Shown here piece after piece: positions 33,039 to 40,893 of a DNA stretch of 47,712 nt; the first letter of the stretch is position 1, and each line of letters opens with the position of its first letter. Origin of the DNA: an uncultured Gammaproteobacteria bacterium (GTDB taxonomy: Bacteria; Patescibacteriota; Patescibacteriia; Magasanikbacterales; UBA922); NCBI GenBank assembly GCA_964418775.1, contig CAYQNA010000006.1:1-47712 (forward strand). Direction: 5' to 3'. Position numbers and translations under genes: made by a program. The notes beneath the pieces were generated by a model. That model had not been told where the DNA came from. It made no database searches and worked only from the letters and a program-made list of their open reading frames with translations.

Positions 33039-34562
33039 TTAGGTAGTACGTCGCTTTTTCTGCGACACGTTAAAGCCTAGATATTTACCCATCATCAAAT
33101 GCGTCACGGCATCGATCGCCGGCAAAGCACTAATTGCAATCATGGTCATAGGCAACAAGAGCCACTGGAACACCATCATGACGTAGCGATGACGCGGGTG
33201 CGAACGCGGTCGACTTGGCAACAGCGGAAAACTGAGCGAGGCCGAAAGCAACAAACCAACCATCGCAATTGTCATTAAGGTTTCGAGCACGTGTGGCGCA
33301 TTGAAGTACAGCGCACTTTGACGCACCGACTCCGGCGCCACATACATTGGCAAACGTCCCAAAATTGTCACGAGGAGCGACACCAAACACCATGACCATT
33401 TACCTTCCCATTCGACAAACAACCACTTCACTTTTTTCCACCATGGAATCAGGCGGCCTTTTTTGCGAAACTCCCACAACAAAAACGGTACATGCTCCAC
33501 ACCCCAGGCCCAACGCCGTTGTTGTCGATACAAATTTTTAATACTCTGCCACCACCGGTCATCACGCACCGTATCCATGGACACCGGCAAATATAGTGGC
33601 GTGACTTCGTACTCGCCATTATACGCCAAAAAACACTGGTAAAAAATACGTGAATCCTCGCTAACAATACGCTTATCATGAAAACCCGCATCCACAATTG
33701 CGCGAAAACTCATGGAATGCGATGAAAAAGTCACAAGCGCATCCTGGCGCGCCAGCATTGTAAAGGTCCAGAATGTTGTACCAAACGCCATTAATCGCAA
33801 AATTGCGGGCGAATCCCACAAGTTGTTGTTGTACATGGCAATTGGTTGGTATGATGAACGGGTTGGCCGTGGGTGCGTGGCGTACACATACGTTAGATAA
33901 CTAAAATACTGCGCGTGTACAACCGTATCAATGTCGCACATGGTCGCAATAATCGTGTCATAATTCCAACCGCGACGGTCAATTTCGGCCTTCATCGTGC
34001 GCTCGGCATAATGTAAATTCGAGCCCTTGCCCGGAATTTCATCAGGCAAATTAGCCGGGTGCACGGTCCCCACGATTTCACCAAGACTCTCGCCAAAATC
34101 AGCCTTGGCGCGTTTTAAAATTTGTTCATAATGATCACGTTTGCGCTCCTCCCCGGCAATCACGATGGTAAACGCGCGCGGGTCATATACACCAGCAGCA
34201 ATACTTTGCAGTGAGGTTTTTACAACAGCCCACTCCTCGTTATATAAAGTCAAAAAAATCACGTGGTGATATTGCTTTGCGTTCGTAATATCGGCGAGCA
34301 ATCGTTCGCGCCAATTGATTTTACCCACCCGACGATATCGGAACCAGGCGACAATTAAATAAAGCGAAAAATTGAGCACTTTAAGTACCCAATAAACGTC
34401 AAACACAATGACCGCATAAATCATGGCCACTGGATTCGTAAACGACAGGACGAGTGCCAAAATCAACGGCACCCAAACAGACAAACCAGGCAAAATTTCG
34501 TAAAACCGATAACGCTGGTAGTCTGTGAGCATACTAAGACTTGCCAATAGCGGGCGTGCCAC
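33039..34562 (-). CDS. Integral-membrane processive family-2 glycosyltransferase (QxxRW type)
   Basis: GT-A core (IFLTLYNEE, MCDIDT, SEDSRIF), the QQRRWAWG motif, and multiple TM helices at both ends. An alternative ATG at 34532 would remove the 29-nt overlap with the upstream gene. Confidence 0.75.
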   Translation of the reverse strand: MARPLLASLSMLTDYQRYRFYEILPGLSVWVPLILALVLSFTNPVAMIYAVIVFDVYWVLKVLNFSLYLIVAWFRYRRVGKINWRERLLADITNAKQYHHVIFLTLYNEEWAVVKTSLQSIAAGVYDPRAFTIVIAGEERKRDHYEQILKRAKADFGESLGEIVGTVHPANLPDEIPGKGSNLHYAERTMKAEIDRRGWNYDTIIATMCDIDTVVHAQYFSYLTYVYATHPRPTRSSYQPIAMYNNNLWDSPAILRLMAFGTTFWTFTMLARQDALVTFSSHSMSFRAIVDAGFHDKRIVSEDSRIFYQCFLAYNGEYEVTPLYLPVSMDTVRDDRWWQSIKNLYRQQRRWAWGVEHVPFLLWEFRKKGRLIPWWKKVKWLFVEWEGKWSWCLVSLLVTILGRLPMYVAPESVRQSALYFNAPHVLETLMTIAMVGLLLSASLSFPLLPSRPRSHPRHRYVMMVFQWLLLPMTMIAISALPAIDAVTHLMMGKYLGFNVSQKKRRTT

Positions 34563-34902
34563 TGTAGGTGGCAGACAAAAATCGTGACGAGTGTTTAAAT
34601 TTCTCTACTAATTCTGCTCCAACTAAAATTTCATTCGGCCCAACCCCAATCACTGGCACACCATGCACATAGGCCCAAGCATTTGCAATGGTCGTAGCCA
34701 CACGCGTGGCCGTAAACGCCCCCACACCTACAACCACGGCGATTCCCTGTACGTCAGCAGGGGCTACCCCCCACTCTTTTAGAGCATCGGCAATCACACC
34801 TAATGCTTGGGGATGCGGTACAGGCATCACAACCTCAGCAGCTGAATTCAGCTGCTGTACAGTCACTTGATTGCGCACCGACAAATCAAGTCGCACATAC
34901 AT
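34534..34902 (-). CDS. tsaB: Half-size TsaB/YeaZ-like protein (N-terminal ASKHA subdomain only)
   Basis: 122 aa from the ATG at 34902. DVQGIAVVVGVGAFTATRVATTIANAWAYVHGVPVIGVG matches the TsaB core (iavg.GPGSFTGlRig.a.akgla...piigv). Confidence 0.6.
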   Translation of the reverse strand: MYVRLDLSVRNQVTVQQLNSAAEVVMPVPHPQALGVIADALKEWGVAPADVQGIAVVVGVGAFTATRVATTIANAWAYVHGVPVIGVGPNEILVGAELVEKFKHSSRFLSATYSGTPAIGKS

Positions 34903-34903
34903 A

Positions 34904-35506
34904 TTACCGCGAAAAATCAAGATGATTGACAGCCAAAACATGATTGGCTTCGAACAGCGAGAAGATAAACTTGTCCATTACATACCGACGGTCCTGGAAT
35001 TCTTGGCGTGACATAATCGTGTAACGAATTTGGAAACCTAATTTCTTCTCATACTCGGCGACCAATTTATCGAGCACTCGTTCTTTGACCACACCAACCA
35101 ACAAAATATCAGTTGGCGCATTTGTGTCGCGTGTAAACCGACCAGTAACCAAGAGTAAATCCAAGTTACCGACCTTGGCCTCGACTTCGCGCGCAAAATC
35201 ACCCTCGCCTGTGAGCTGTTCTTTGGCCAGCAAAGCCTGCAGCTCTAAATAAATCGGACATTCGGTATTCACGCGGTAGTATTTACGCAGCGTAGCCCCA
35301 GCTTTGACCGTGGACTCTGGTTTACCCTCCACCTCAAGCAAAAGACCGGCAATAGCCAGGGTTTCAATCTCACGGCGGATCGCATTAATCTGAACTTCGA
35401 GCAGGCGGGCCAATTCGCGCACGTAAAATGAACGCTCGGGCGTGCGAAACAAAACCCGCAGCAGGCGCACTCGGGTTTTTGAACCAAATAAATGTTCAAG
35501 CAGCAT
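34904..35506 (-). CDS. Winged-helix (ArsR-like) transcriptional regulator with a C-terminal nucleotidyltransferase-like domain
   Basis: LFGSKTRVRLLRVLFRTPERSFYVRELARLLEVQINAIRREIETLAIAGLL is a wHTH. The C-terminal half (DLLLVTG...DILLVGV) resembles a minimal NTase fold. Confidence 0.6.
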   Translation of the reverse strand: MLLEHLFGSKTRVRLLRVLFRTPERSFYVRELARLLEVQINAIRREIETLAIAGLLLEVEGKPESTVKAGATLRKYYRVNTECPIYLELQALLAKEQLTGEGDFAREVEAKVGNLDLLLVTGRFTRDTNAPTDILLVGVVKERVLDKLVAEYEKKLGFQIRYTIMSRQEFQDRRYVMDKFIFSLFEANHVLAVNHLDFSR

Positions 35507-35561
35507 AGTTGCGAATAAACTTGTAAATATAGTATACTAGGCCTATCCAAAAGTCAAAAAT

Positions 35562-37703
35562 ATGATCGAAAAATTAGCGGTATTTGATTTCTTTACTGGT
35601 GGCCGAGATTTGGCTGCTGGACACGTGCTCATGCGAATTGCTGAACCAAGCGCGCCTCACGAAAAAGAACGTGGGTACTTTTTCGCCATTGCCGAAATTA
35701 CGGGAGGCACACGTGAGTACATTACCAAACTCCAAGCAGCGGTCGATGCTATCGAGACTGACTATTACGCTGAAAAAAATAAAGGCCGCGACATTTTCGA
35801 GCGTATCTTGGTCCGCGCGAATGAAACATACACCGAGCTATTACCGCGCGCCGGCGTTGGTCTGCATTTGGCCGTTGGCGCAATTCGCCCCCAAGGACTC
35901 ACCCTTGCCTACTATGGCGCACCACTGGCGCTCGCCTTTTACCCAAACAACAACGGCCTAGGTGTGGCCGATATTATTACCGAAAAAAACCAAAGCGATA
36001 ATTTGTTCAGCGACATTATTACCGGTAACCTAAACCGCGGCGACTTTTTCTTAATTACCAGTCCACGTGTCGAGGCAGTCTTGCCACGCACCGAATTTGC
36101 ACAAATTTTGGCTGCCAAATCCGGACGCTTTGGGGCCGCCCAAATTGAGAAAACCCTGACGGGCGCCAATGATGCTGGTGGTTTTGGCGGTTTTATTTTC
36201 TCTCTGGCCAACGAAGGTACCCCAAAAACCGGGACAAAGCCCAAGGAAACCACCGGCTCGGCCGCCTCTCTGGACTACCTTTTGGCCTCAACTAAATCCA
36301 CCGAAGAAACCCTGTCACCACCTCTCCTTGGCGACGCCAAATCAACCCTTAAAAACCTCCTCAAAGAACCAGGCGAACGCGTTCCCCACCCTGTTGGCGG
36401 TTGGCGCGGGCTATTCTCCAATTGGCTCCACGGCTTTGGACTCGTGTTCCGCGGTATTGGCCATGGTATTGCGATTGTGTTTGTCGGTATTGGTCGCGGC
36501 TTTACCAAACTATGGAGCGCTACATTTGGCCGCACCCCAACCGCGGGCGTAGCCGTACGCGACTGGCAGCGCAGCCCTTCGCGCGCTCGCCAAGTTTGGC
36601 GTATGATTCCGCTCTCCAGCAAACTCCTACTCGTAGGTGCAATCATTTTGGCTGTTGGTTTTTTTACCAGCCTGTGGTACATGCGTAAAAACGAAGCCAT
36701 TAACGCCACCCTAGAACGCGAGCGTAATTTAGTTACGGCAATCACAAACAAAAAAGACGCAGCCGAAGCACGCTTAATTTATGATGACAAAGCACAGGCC
36801 CGTCAATTGATTCGCGAAGCTGATCTTCTCGTCGCTGAATTACCCACTTCAACACCAGCTCAACAATCCAAAGCAACCGAACTCGCTCAATCGCTCACGG
36901 ATATTAAAAATCGTCTTGATGGTGTGAAAGTAATTGTACCCGATGTGTGGCTTGACCTAAACACGGTCGCTACCGGCGCCAAAACTTCGGCTCTCACTCG
37001 CGTTGGTTCCAGCCTTCTCGCATATGGACCAGATGACAGCAAACTTTACAGCATTAATGTTACAACGAAACAATTAACACCAGTGCCTCATGACACAATT
37101 GTCGGCCTACGCACCGCCGCAGTCACAACTGAAAACGACAAAGCCTTATTCTTGGCGACAGACAACACTATTGCTGAATATGCAGCTGACACGCGCGCCA
37201 TTGTCGCTCGTGGCACAGCCGCTTCGCCAGCCACTTCTCCACTCGCGGCTGCAGGAATTTACAGCCGTCGCCTATACACACTCGACCCGGCGGCTGGTCA
37301 AATTTACAAACACAACCAAACCCAATCTGGTTATGACCGCGGCACACAGTGGCTCAAAACTACTGAGGTTTTCCCTGACGCGCGCAGTCTCGCAATTGAT
37401 GGCGATGTATACGTGCTCACTGCCAGCGCGCTCCGAAAATACTACACGGGCGAACCACAAAACTTCACGCTCAATGTTTCTGAACCTGGCCTCAAAGAGG
37501 CACGCGTTCTGGCACTCACCAAAGACAACCTGTTCATTCTCGACAGTGGCAACCGCCGTGTCCTCGTGGCCGACAAAACCGGTAATGTTATCAACACTTA
37601 CACCAACCCAGGCTGGCAAACACCAACCGGCATGGCCATTTCCGATGATGGCAAAAACATTTTCGTGCTCGACAACAATGTCATTTATCAGTTCAAACGT
37701 TAA
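35562..37703 (+). CDS. Hypothetical 713-aa membrane protein with a cytoplasmic N-domain, TM segments, a coiled linker and a C-terminal NHL/beta-propeller-like repeat region
   Basis: TM segments are around GLVFRGIGHGIAIVFVGIG and LLLVGAIILAVGFFTSLWY. C-terminal repeats are of the type IYTLD, VYVLT, LFILDSGNRRVLVADKTGNVINTY and IFVLDNNVIYQF. Confidence 0.7.
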   Translation: MIEKLAVFDFFTGGRDLAAGHVLMRIAEPSAPHEKERGYFFAIAEITGGTREYITKLQAAVDAIETDYYAEKNKGRDIFERILVRANETYTELLPRAGVGLHLAVGAIRPQGLTLAYYGAPLALAFYPNNNGLGVADIITEKNQSDNLFSDIITGNLNRGDFFLITSPRVEAVLPRTEFAQILAAKSGRFGAAQIEKTLTGANDAGGFGGFIFSLANEGTPKTGTKPKETTGSAASLDYLLASTKSTEETLSPPLLGDAKSTLKNLLKEPGERVPHPVGGWRGLFSNWLHGFGLVFRGIGHGIAIVFVGIGRGFTKLWSATFGRTPTAGVAVRDWQRSPSRARQVWRMIPLSSKLLLVGAIILAVGFFTSLWYMRKNEAINATLERERNLVTAITNKKDAAEARLIYDDKAQARQLIREADLLVAELPTSTPAQQSKATELAQSLTDIKNRLDGVKVIVPDVWLDLNTVATGAKTSALTRVGSSLLAYGPDDSKLYSINVTTKQLTPVPHDTIVGLRTAAVTTENDKALFLATDNTIAEYAADTRAIVARGTAASPATSPLAAAGIYSRRLYTLDPAAGQIYKHNQTQSGYDRGTQWLKTTEVFPDARSLAIDGDVYVLTASALRKYYTGEPQNFTLNVSEPGLKEARVLALTKDNLFILDSGNRRVLVADKTGNVINTYTNPGWQTPTGMAISDDGKNIFVLDNNVIYQFKR

Positions 37704-37713
37704 TTAAACCAAA

Positions 37714-37746
37714 TAAAAAATCCTCCCACTCGGGAGGATTTTTTTG
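37714..37746. terminator. Bidirectional intrinsic terminator between convergent genes
   Basis: AAAAAATCCTCCC-ACTC-GGGAGGATTTTTTT. The 8-bp GC-rich stem is flanked by an A-run and a T-run. Confidence 0.75.
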
Positions 37747-37757
37747 ACTGAGGAAAA

Positions 37758-38162
37758 TTACTTGAGAGTAACTTTACCACCAGCTTCTTCGATTTTCTTT
37801 TTCATTTCTTCAGCCTCTTCCTTCTTAACACCTTCCTTTACCATCTTAGGAGCGCCGTCAACAAGAGCCTTAGCATCGGCGAGACCGAGGCCAGTGATTT
37901 CCTTCACAACCTTGATCACAGCGATTTTGTTGGCACCACCATCGGTGAGCTCAACGCCAAACTCTGTTTTTTCTTCTGCAGCGGCAGCAGCGCCACCAGC
38001 AGCTGGAGCAGCCATCATCATGGCAGGAGCAGCAGCCGATACGCCAAACTTTTCTTCCAAAACCTTTACCAATTCGGAAAGGTCGAGTACAGACATCTTT
38101 TCGATCTCTGCAACGAGAGCCTTGAATTTCTCAGGCACTACTACTGTTGTTTCTTCAGACAT
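37758..38162 (-). CDS. rplL: 50S ribosomal protein L7/L12
   Basis: Canonical: [23 protein letters not shown]...[56 protein letters not shown]. Confidence 0.95.
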   Translation of the reverse strand: MSEETTVVVPEKFKALVAEIEKMSVLDLSELVKVLEEKFGVSAAAPAMMMAAPAAGGAAAAAEEKTEFGVELTDGGANKIAVIKVVKEITGLGLADAKALVDGAPKMVKEGVKKEEAEEMKKKIEEAGGKVTLK

Positions 38163-38177
38163 ATAAGTAATAAATAA

Positions 38178-38702
38178 TTACGCTTTCTTGTCCTTGATGC
38201 CGTTAAGCACCGTAACAAGACCGCTCAAGTTGCCGCCCAACACACGGACAAAGCCGGAAATTGGAGCTTGCAATGTGCCAACCAACTGACCAAGGAGCTG
38301 TTGCTTGCTTGGGAGGCTGGAGAGCGCTTTGACTTTGGCTGCGTCAATGAATTGACCCTCCAAGATACCGCCGAAGATACTCAAAACATCGTGTGTTTTG
38401 GCGAATTCAGCGATAACCTGGGCTGGGGCCACTTCGTCGGACAGACCAAAGACTACAGCCACACTACCCTCGAATGCCTTTGGGTCAGTTGTAGCTACAC
38501 CTGCGTCCTGCAACGCTTTGCGGAGCAAGGTTTTCTTGGTAGCAACAAACTTAACGTTCTGCTCGCGGCATTTGCGACGGAGTTCTTCAGTTTCTTTGAC
38601 CTTAAGGCCACCGAAATTGGCGAACACAACCGATTTGGCCGATTGCAGACCAGACCCGAGCGTTTCGAGAGAGCTGGCTTTGATTTGCTTGGTTTTTGCC
38701 AT
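38178..38702 (-). CDS. rplJ: 50S ribosomal protein L10
   Basis: L10 family features (VVFANFGGLKVKETEELRRKCRE, GGILEGQFIDAAKVKALSSLPS). The ATG at 38702 is preferred to the GTG at 38732, which lies inside a leader hairpin. Confidence 0.9.
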   Translation of the reverse strand: MAKTKQIKASSLETLGSGLQSAKSVVFANFGGLKVKETEELRRKCREQNVKFVATKKTLLRKALQDAGVATTDPKAFEGSVAVVFGLSDEVAPAQVIAEFAKTHDVLSIFGGILEGQFIDAAKVKALSSLPSKQQLLGQLVGTLQAPISGFVRVLGGNLSGLVTVLNGIKDKKA

Positions 38703-38833
38703 AGCGAATAAAAAAAGTGGTTTCTCAACCACAGCATCCAGTGTCGACCTTTTGTCCTACCCCCTTAGGGGGAAGAAGAAGTCACCTCGGTAGCGTGTTT
38801 AATCCTTGCGGAAGCTACTGTCTGCGGTTTGAT
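38703..38833 (-). promoter_or_regulatory. rplJ 5' leader with terminator-like attenuator hairpin (candidate L10-leader autoregulatory element)
   Basis: ~130-nt untranslated leader containing the helix GUAGC...GCUAC. It ends with GUGGUU-GAGA-AACCAC followed by UUUUUUU (38709..38732), only 7 nt before the ATG. Confidence 0.45.
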
Positions 38834-38839
38834 GGGAGG

Positions 38840-38868
38840 AATATATCATGGTTTTAAGGGGTTGTCAA
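38840..38868 (-). promoter_or_regulatory. Putative rplJ-rplL promoter (TTGACA-N17-TATATT)
   Basis: On the minus strand the -35 is at 38868-38863 and the -10 at 38845-38840, with a 17-nt spacer. Confidence 0.5.
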
Positions 38869-38913
38869 GGGTAGTATTTACGCTCAACCCAGCCATTTCT
38901 ACCCCTAAATGAA

Positions 38914-38942
38914 TTGACAAAGAGGGCAAAAAGGAGTATACT
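38914..38942 (+). promoter_or_regulatory. Putative promoter of the small membrane-protein gene (TTGACA-N17-TATACT), divergent from the rplJ promoter
   Basis: -35 at 38914-38919 and -10 at 38937-38942. Confidence 0.45.
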
Positions 38943-38977
38943 TGGCTGTTCTCGATTCGCTACAGGAGGTGGAGAAT

Positions 38978-39169
38978 ATGGAGGGGGCAAAGTTTGTCCT
39001 GATGTTTCTGGCTGGCCTTGTCGTCTGGGGAATATTCACGTGGAGCAATCCCGTGAGCTTTCAGGACGTTCGAAGCCCGGCCGGGTTCATCGGACGGCTC
39101 ATCAAAATCTGGTTCAGGGGCGTGGGAGGAATGATCCTTCTCCTGCTCGTCCTGTACTGGGCGCGATGA
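38978..39169 (+). CDS. 63-aa two-TM small membrane protein (GC-rich island)
   Basis: The ATG at 38978 is preceded by AGGAGGTGGAG. MEGAKFVLMFLAGLVVWGIFTW...VGGMILLLLVLYWAR has two hydrophobic helices. It is a subset of track ORF 38942..39169. Confidence 0.5.
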   Translation: MEGAKFVLMFLAGLVVWGIFTWSNPVSFQDVRSPAGFIGRLIKIWFRGVGGMILLLLVLYWAR

Positions 39170-39262
39170 GCACGGTCGGCGGCGGTGCATTCGCATCGCC
39201 CCGGCCGCCAATAATCTTGACAGCAACCAGTTGTTTCATTATACTAACGCCACAAATTTAAT

Positions 39263-39334
39263 GGCACCATCGTCTAGTGGTTAGGACATCAGGTTTTCAT
39301 CCTGAGAACAGGGGTTCGATTCCCCTTGGTGCTA
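39263..39334 (+). tRNA. tRNA-Glu (anticodon TTC)
   Basis: Cloverleaf GGCACCA/TC/GTCT-AGTGGTTA-GGAC/A/TCAGG-TTTTCAT-CCTGA/GAAC/AGGGG-TTCGATT-CCCCT/TGGTGCT/A, with a G1-U72 wobble. The CCA is not encoded. A TTGACA box lies at 39216-39221 upstream. Confidence 0.9.
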
Positions 39335-39341
39335 CAACTGC

Positions 39342-39368
39342 AAAACAGCCGACCGCTGTTTTTGTTTA
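39342..39368 (+). terminator. Intrinsic terminator after tRNA-Glu
   Basis: AAAACAGC-CGACC-GCTGTTTT followed by TGTTT. Confidence 0.5.
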
Positions 39369-39395
39369 TTTACCAAAAACCACTCTGCAGAATAA

Positions 39396-39424
39396 TTGAC
39401 AAACCCTGTGTTTTGTGATGTAAT
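39396..39424 (+). promoter_or_regulatory. Putative promoter of the lipoprotein gene (TTGACA-N17-TGTAAT)
   Basis: -35 at 39396-39401 and -10 at 39419-39424. Confidence 0.45.
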
Positions 39425-39487
39425 CCATAGTCTTTATCACTCGATGAAGACTGTTCTTTCGACATTCTCTCGCACAAAAGGCCAAAC

Positions 39488-39832
39488 ATGAATCGCATCG
39501 TGATCCTGATAGTCGCACTCATTCTGAGCGCCTGCGCAACCACCCACGCTGACCAGCCGTCATCGCCCCCCGAGGCGGTGGCGGACCTCGTGGAACTGGC
39601 GACCGCGAACAACAAGGAAGAAGGAGATGACGCGCTCCGAGCCATCGCCAACCACTTCAACCGCCATGGTCGAGATGGATGGGTCCTACGCTTTCCGAAC
39701 GACCAGGAGCGAAAGAGGCTCACGGCGTGCAAGTGCGCCTGCGGATACCTGGTCTTGGCGCGCCAAGACCAGCGATGGCAGGTGACGGTGACCGGCTGCG
39801 CCGAGTCGCCGGTCATCTTCCCGCTCGAGTGA
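39488..39832 (+). CDS. 114-aa predicted lipoprotein, orphan (GC-rich island)
   Basis: Signal peptide with lipobox: MNRIVILIVALILSAC. No recognisable family. Four further Cys residues lie in the C-terminal half. Confidence 0.6.
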   Translation: MNRIVILIVALILSACATTHADQPSSPPEAVADLVELATANNKEEGDDALRAIANHFNRHGRDGWVLRFPNDQERKRLTACKCACGYLVLARQDQRWQVTVTGCAESPVIFPLE

Positions 39833-39970
39833 GAGACATGTCAACGCAACTGATTCGTGCCACCTGTTCAGGTGGTGCTCAGTGCGTTTGACGGGGCTCG
39901 TGCAATGCGCGCCCCCTCCGACTATTTTACTCTTTATAAAAGGGTGACATTAGGGAGAAGCTGTAAAACA

Positions 39971-40034
39971 AAAACCACCCGCCTCCTGCTAAAGCTCCGA
40001 TAATTCAGAGACTTAACAGGTTTGGGTGGTTTTT
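39971..40034. terminator. 10-bp perfect inverted repeat (AAAACCACCC ... GGGTGGTTTT) between convergent genes; possible bidirectional terminator
   Basis: The arms are at 39971-39980 and 40024-40033, separated by 43 nt, with A/T runs outside. The loop is unusually large for a simple terminator. Confidence 0.3.
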
Positions 40035-40094
40035 GCTTCATGCGACCCCCTCCCCTTCCAAGTAACGGCCTGTGGGACGTACGTCGCTGCCGAA

Positions 40095-40448
40095 CTACTT
40101 GGTGCGAGTGGTAAAGCTAGTCCCCGCGAGCGTGATCCGCCCGCAGACAATGAGCGCGACCTCGTCGCCATTCCGGTTACGTGCCGTAACCTGGAACTCG
40201 GCGTGGTCGTCCGCCTTGCACTGGCCGAACCAGCCACTGGCGAAGACGACCGACCGGCTGGTTACAACGACGTCGCTGTAACCCTCGACCTTCACTGCCT
40301 TGACCGCTTCATCCTTGCTGATGACGTAGCCAGGCATGGCGTAAAGGACAATGGCCGTGACGATGCTAACTATCACGGCCATGATGATGGCCCGAACCGC
40401 AAGGGTCTGCAGCCGATCCTTCCAACTGACTTTGTTTTTAGGGAGCAT
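40095..40448 (-). CDS. 117-aa N-terminally membrane-anchored orphan protein (GC-rich island)
   Basis: The ATG at 40448 (MLPKNKVSWKDRLQTLAVRAIIMAVIVSIVTAIVLYAM) is preferred because the track start at 40508 falls inside the predicted -35 box. An AAGGA lies upstream. Confidence 0.55.
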   Translation of the reverse strand: MLPKNKVSWKDRLQTLAVRAIIMAVIVSIVTAIVLYAMPGYVISKDEAVKAVKVEGYSDVVVTSRSVVFASGWFGQCKADDHAEFQVTARNRNGDEVALIVCGRITLAGTSFTTRTK

Positions 40449-40479
40449 ACTCCATCCTTTTTCTCTTTGTGGGGTATGC

Positions 40480-40508
40480 AGTATATAGGAAAAATCAAAA
40501 CTGTGCAA
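40480..40508 (-). promoter_or_regulatory. Putative promoter (TTGCAC-N17-TATACT) of the 117-aa anchored protein gene
   Basis: On the minus strand the -35 is at 40508-40503 and the -10 at 40485-40480. Confidence 0.45.
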
Positions 40509-40567
40509 GTGGCGCCCAATCTGTACAAAATCTCCCCATATGATAGGATTAGGAATATTTATTTTGT

Positions 40568-40891
40568 ATGTCTAAATCACTCAACGAAATCACCGAAGAG
40601 GTCATGGCCTTGGCCAAAGAAAAAGGCTTTGGCACCAAGCCAGAGGATATTAATTTGTACGAAAAACTCGCGTTGGTGCATAGCGAAGTGAGTGAAGCAA
40701 TTACGGCTCACCGCAAAAAAGTGACCGAAGGCCCCAGTAGTTTTGAGGCTGAATTAGCCGACATTATTATGCGCACCCTGCACATTGCTGGTATCTATGG
40801 CATTGATATGGAGGCTGCAGTTGCGGCAAAACTCGAACACAACAAAACCCGTGTTTGGAACTGGCGCAAACTCAACGAGCAACACACCTAG
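40568..40891 (+). CDS. MazG-like all-alpha nucleoside triphosphate pyrophosphohydrolase (small single-domain type)
   Basis: 107 aa. Metal-binding E-x-x-E (LVHSEVSEA) is followed by an E-x-x-D helix (ELADIIMRTLHIA), as in MazG/dimeric-dUTPase-like NTP-PPases. Confidence 0.65.
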   Translation: MSKSLNEITEEVMALAKEKGFGTKPEDINLYEKLALVHSEVSEAITAHRKKVTEGPSSFEAELADIIMRTLHIAGIYGIDMEAAVAAKLEHNKTRVWNWRKLNEQHT

Positions 40892-40893
40892 CT

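Noticed and set aside
37744-38166. 140-aa plus-strand ORF antisense to rplL.
   Set aside because: It mirrors the Ala/Glu/Lys-rich rplL reading frame and gives a Ser/Ala/Phe low-complexity product. rplL itself is unambiguous.
39838-39891. 17-codon mini-ORF MSTQLIRATCSGGAQCV just after the lipoprotein gene; considered as a Cys-containing peptide precursor.
   Set aside because: It has no RBS, no adjacent modification enzymes, and overlaps a simple hairpin (CCACCT-GTTC-AGGTGG). The support is insufficient.
40026-40691. 221-aa plus-strand ORF, plus 39370..39816 (-), 38914..39261 (+) and 38960..39226 (-) in the GC-rich island.
   Set aside because: These lie antisense to, or out of frame with, ORFs that have signal peptides, TM helices, an RBS and promoters. 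The 40026 ORF also runs through a promoter region and into the MazG gene in another frame.
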